Virus record (IMG/VR): IMGVR_UViG_3300024239_000355
Span: 131,193-195,192 of that record
Source of the DNA: a virus
Length of the DNA stretch: 64,000 bases
Direction: 5' to 3' (one strand)
A model generated the notes under the pieces. The model was not told where the DNA came from. It did not search any database and saw nothing but the letters and a program-made list of their open reading frames with translations. Positions within the stretch are counted from its first letter, which is position 1. The number at the start of each line of letters is the position of its first letter. Made by a program: the position numbers and the translations under genes. Below are positions 60,473 through 64,000 of this stretch, in pieces.

Positions 60473-61770
60473 GGGAACGCAACCGACGATAGGGTGAAAT
60501 TGCTAGTATAACGCGCAACACCCTTCGTAATCCGTACCTCGTCAAGTGCCCCCGCAAATTTTGGATAAACATCGGGTGCGTCCGTATGGATCACACCAAA
60601 CCCCACCGGCTGATTACTAGTTTTTATCGCTGTACCAGCAGGTAATGTCGTATTCGCAGTTTCTACACCATTTACAAATAACCGTAACGTGTTAGAATTC
60701 CTTGTAACCGCAAGATGTGTCCAAGTATTGAGTGGTAATACATTGGTATCGACCGCGCTATATGGAATTCCAGCGGTGGTATATATACCAAAGCTCGGCG
60801 CACCATTATTCAAACAGAATAAGAATTCTTTGTTGTTTGATGCAGTTGCGTCGTATTTCGTCACAATACCGCGAAGGTGAGTTCCACCTGAACCGGTACC
60901 AACCGAGTAACTTGATGGGTTAACCCAAGCTTCAATTGTGAAATCACCATCCGCGAAATTAAACTCGGACGTACTTGGGGTGGTTAAATAAGTGGTCGTG
61001 CCGTTGAATAACGCACTCGCCGTACCAAATTTCTGCAATGCCGTAGTGAGTGTAGTTCCACCATTATTGGTGAATATATGACCACGCTGATCAGTAAAGG
61101 TGGTCGATCCGTTGGTACCATCCATATGCATCAGCAAGCTAACACCCGTCCAATAAGGATCATTAGCCGACGCGACGGTGAGGGTGAAAGCACGATCTAC
61201 ATAAGCACCTATTGCATCAGTCGCGCGAATAGTAAAACTATTATTTGCAACAACAGTTGGCGTTCCAAAAAGCACACCCGTAGAGGTATTCAGTACCAAA
61301 CCAGAAGGAAGTGACCCATCAACCACCGAATAGGTCACGGCATCACCATTGGGATCAGTCGCAATGAATGTTGTGGTGTACGCAATACTTTGAGTCCCAA
61401 TCGCTAACGCACCGCCTGCGGTAGACCAAATTGGGGTCTGATTGGTTACATACAAATTAAAGGCGCGGTCAACGTGCGACTCGCCATCTGATACCCGTAT
61501 CGTAAACGGATAATTTCCAGGGATATTTACTGGGGTTCCGCTAATCACACCAACTGAATTCAAAGACAATCCAGCAGGCAACGATCCACCAACAACCGTG
61601 TACGCAAGGGGGGCGTTCTCTGGATCAGTTGCCGATAAATTAAACGTATATGGCTGACCGCCGTTGGCATCCCCCAGTGATCCGGACAAAGTGACCCACA
61701 CAGGTGGAATATTTGCCTTGATCTTAAATGTACCAACCGGAATTACACCGCCTGAAAATGATATACCCAT
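60451..61770 (-). CDS. Ig-like plus LamG virion protein, paralog of 39098..41098
   Basis: MGISFSGGVIPVG..NIPPVW..ANGGQPYT..DPENAPL; LDEVRITKGVARYT. Confidence 0.88.
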   Translation of the reverse strand: MGISFSGGVIPVGTFKIKANIPPVWVTLSGSLGDANGGQPYTFNLSATDPENAPLAYTVVGGSLPAGLSLNSVGVISGTPVNIPGNYPFTIRVSDGESHVDRAFNLYVTNQTPIWSTAGGALAIGTQSIAYTTTFIATDPNGDAVTYSVVDGSLPSGLVLNTSTGVLFGTPTVVANNSFTIRATDAIGAYVDRAFTLTVASANDPYWTGVSLLMHMDGTNGSTTFTDQRGHIFTNNGGTTLTTALQKFGTASALFNGTTTYLTTPSTSEFNFADGDFTIEAWVNPSSYSVGTGSGGTHLRGIVTKYDATASNNKEFLFCLNNGAPSFGIYTTAGIPYSAVDTNVLPLNTWTHLAVTRNSNTLRLFVNGVETANTTLPAGTAIKTSNQPVGFGVIHTDAPDVYPKFAGALDEVRITKGVARYTSNFTLSSVAFPHIGVAK

Positions 61771-62565
61771 AGAATTGCCTCCCTATCAACAGAAGTATTT
61801 AGCGAAGGTAATCCACAGAACACGACGATTATTTTATTGCACTCGCATGACGAGTCACCATAAAGTCCCATGCTACTGGAACGAGTCGTGAACACTCGGG
61901 ACATCCAAGAGGGTTCTGTATTAAACCGCCCAAGAATTGCCGGGACGACTGACCGGGGGTATGAGAGCGCACCCTTCGCTCGACTGGAATATCGCTGTTG
62001 CGTATCCCGCAAGCGAAATCATTGATTTCGCTCGATCTTAGCGACAGAGGTTCCCACCAGCTAAAATATTGTGGATCGAAAAAGGATGCTTGCGCTGTGA
62101 CTAACCACAACAAGCAGCCGCATCGGTGTGTCTACACTCTGCACCATGCGGTCCCGATGATAGGTGTATGCCTGGAAAGTAGGGGTCTAAGATGGGAAAC
62201 TCGATCATCCGCCCATCGTCTTTGTGACTAAACCCTTTGTGTAGAATCTTTGGACGCCTCAGAGAATGACGCCATTTTTACTTTCTCTTTGACTCCGGGC
62301 GACCTAGTGCGTTCGGGGTCAGGGGGAAAGTAATCATTCCCACTTCCTAGAGAATAACAAATTAAAATTGTATTGAAATTTACAATTCAATAGTAAAAAA
62401 TTTTAGAAAGGAATTTATTATGCGTTATTCATTGGATATATCGGTTAATATTCCACGGTGTGCTGAAACTAAAAAGATTCTGTGGAATACAATTCATTTA
62501 TCATTCAGTGTTTACCGGGACAAAAACACGTTATTTCTCATGGTCAAAACCATGTCGTCGTTGCG

Positions 62566-62964
62566 TTAATTGTCCACCGGTTTCCAAAAACATCGACAAA
62601 TAGGCTCAACTTCTTCGTAGCCATAACGAAGAAGAACATCAGGTAGCATAGGATTTAATACATTCTCAACGTAAACGCCATTCATACCGTGATTTTTGGC
62701 TTGTTCGAACATAAACAAGTCTAGTTCACGATACGCACCAGATTTGCACAACGGTTGGTCGTAGGTAGCCTTGCGGGCATAACGCGCGGTTTGGATCGAA
62801 GTATTGGCGCGTTGCAAGACATTCTCGTAGTGCATACCCTTGATGTTCATAGAGCCTTTGCGGACATAGACGCTTACGACCACACCTTTGCTGCTGCGGA
62901 ATTTGATGTATTCCGACCGCGCATTAAGGTCTGCGAGAAACTGGTCTAACGTTCGTACAGCCAT
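62566..62964 (-). CDS. hypothetical protein, possibly GNAT-like
   Basis: VYVRK...G.Y..L....VYVENVLN..L...L.RYGY pattern. Confidence 0.6.
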   Translation of the reverse strand: MAVRTLDQFLADLNARSEYIKFRSSKGVVVSVYVRKGSMNIKGMHYENVLQRANTSIQTARYARKATYDQPLCKSGAYRELDLFMFEQAKNHGMNGVYVENVLNPMLPDVLLRYGYEEVEPICRCFWKPVDN

Positions 62965-62965
62965 G

Positions 62966-63148
62966 TCACACCATCAGCCCCAAACCAATAAGAGCCAGCC
63001 CGAACACCGCCAACGGCTTGATGTTATCGGCTACTTCCATGACGATGAATGTCAGGACCAGTTGAATCCGGGTTGGCTCTCGCAGCACCCCGGCGCTACG
63101 GTCATACGGCAAACACGTACCGTTGGGAAGGATCAATGTGTCGTACAT
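62966..63148 (-). CDS. small membrane protein
   Basis: 60 aa with hydrophobic C-terminus, coupled to neighbours. Confidence 0.45.
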   Translation of the reverse strand: MYDTLILPNGTCLPYDRSAGVLREPTRIQLVLTFIVMEVADNIKPLAVFGLALIGLGLMV

Positions 63149-63157
63149 CAGTTCCTC

Positions 63158-63985
63158 CTAGATTTCGTACTTGATCGCCCGGCGATCACCATTTGCAGTT
63201 AGGATGTAATCCTTCACTACAAAGCCTTTGGAAGCGTCACCGCGTTCATGTTCCTTGCGTCGCCAACGGATGCGACCACAGTGCTTACACTTATGCCAGA
63301 TATTGGAAGTTCGCTCTTCCATACGGTCCCATTCATGTTCACAGTCGATGCGTCCAGAGTTTTTCCGATAACACCACGTTGGCATGACTTCATGGCGACG
63401 GCGACTGTCATTAATTTGGTCGCCTACGTATTCTTCAACCGCATTCAACAATTTTTCCTTGGGCAATTCGAGGATCAGTCGGTTGTACGCCATATAGGGG
63501 CGGGATTTTCCACCAATGAACTTAGAACCCTTGGGCGACACGCGGTGCCCTTCGCCAATTTGGAGGGCAAAGGTGTTCAGCAGCGTCAGCACCGAGATCA
63601 GGAAGCGGAAATCACCATTGATCCCCATACCGGCGTTCTCAATGAATTTCTGGCTGTCGCTTGGATACCGCTGGAACTGGCGCAAAAACAAGTTACCCAA
63701 TGGTCCGGTCGGGCAATAGCGCACATGGTAGGCGAGTTCCAGGGCAACAGCACGGTCTTCGTCAGTCTTGATGAACGTTTTCATGTAGGTGCCGCCAAGG
63801 GCGACACTCTCTTCAAGTTGTTTTTCGAACCGCCCCATAGCTCCGGTGATGATGTGTTCTTCACCTGTCATGGCGAAGCCGAAATTCACCTTCTCGAAAT
63901 CACACAGGAACCCCACCGGGTACATGGTGACTTTCTCGCTCGAAATGTCATTGAGGTGCCCGGCGACCACCGAGATACGGTACAT
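63158..63985 (-). CDS. conserved phage hypothetical protein; may start beyond the window
   Basis: RRRHEV..W...CEHEW...CKHCG..W...HERGDASKG.V.KDY C-terminal motif. Confidence 0.75.
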   Translation of the reverse strand: MYRISVVAGHLNDISSEKVTMYPVGFLCDFEKVNFGFAMTGEEHIITGAMGRFEKQLEESVALGGTYMKTFIKTDEDRAVALELAYHVRYCPTGPLGNLFLRQFQRYPSDSQKFIENAGMGINGDFRFLISVLTLLNTFALQIGEGHRVSPKGSKFIGGKSRPYMAYNRLILELPKEKLLNAVEEYVGDQINDSRRRHEVMPTWCYRKNSGRIDCEHEWDRMEERTSNIWHKCKHCGRIRWRRKEHERGDASKGFVVKDYILTANGDRRAIKYEI

Positions 63986-64000
63986 GGTGTCGGTGTGCGG

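Noticed and set aside
1-64000. Alternative genetic code (stop-codon recoding)
   Set aside because: Long genes are intact under the standard code and TAA, TAG and TGA all serve as stops

Overview
This 64-kb window is part of a large T4-like (jumbo) myophage genome. From left to right: (1) 1-9 kb, minus strand, a replication/recombination block with a truncated free-standing homing endonuclease, UvsW helicase carrying a class-3-type LAGLIDADG intein, pyrB (auxiliary metabolic gene), gp4-like head-completion nuclease, UvsY, UvsX and gp32 SSB. (2) About 11.5-50 kb, a large late cluster of tail/fibre proteins assembled from a small set of shared N- and C-terminal modules, with a subtilisin embedded. 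It is interrupted at 35.6-39.1 kb by an opposite-strand sigma70-driven island that opens with two promoter/terminator-bounded small RNA candidates, one tRNA-shaped. (3) 50-64 kb, an ART-like gene, a ~330-nt structured RNA candidate divergent from a minimal editing-less LeuRS with an attenuator-like leader, a terminase large subunit fractured by an atypically split intein with two endonucleases between the halves, a group of late genes and gene stubs sharing a capsid-targeting-like N-terminus, an orphan fibre paralog, and a structured/AT-rich non-coding region. All protein calls come from motif recognition by eye and RNA structures from manual pairing; no searches were run.
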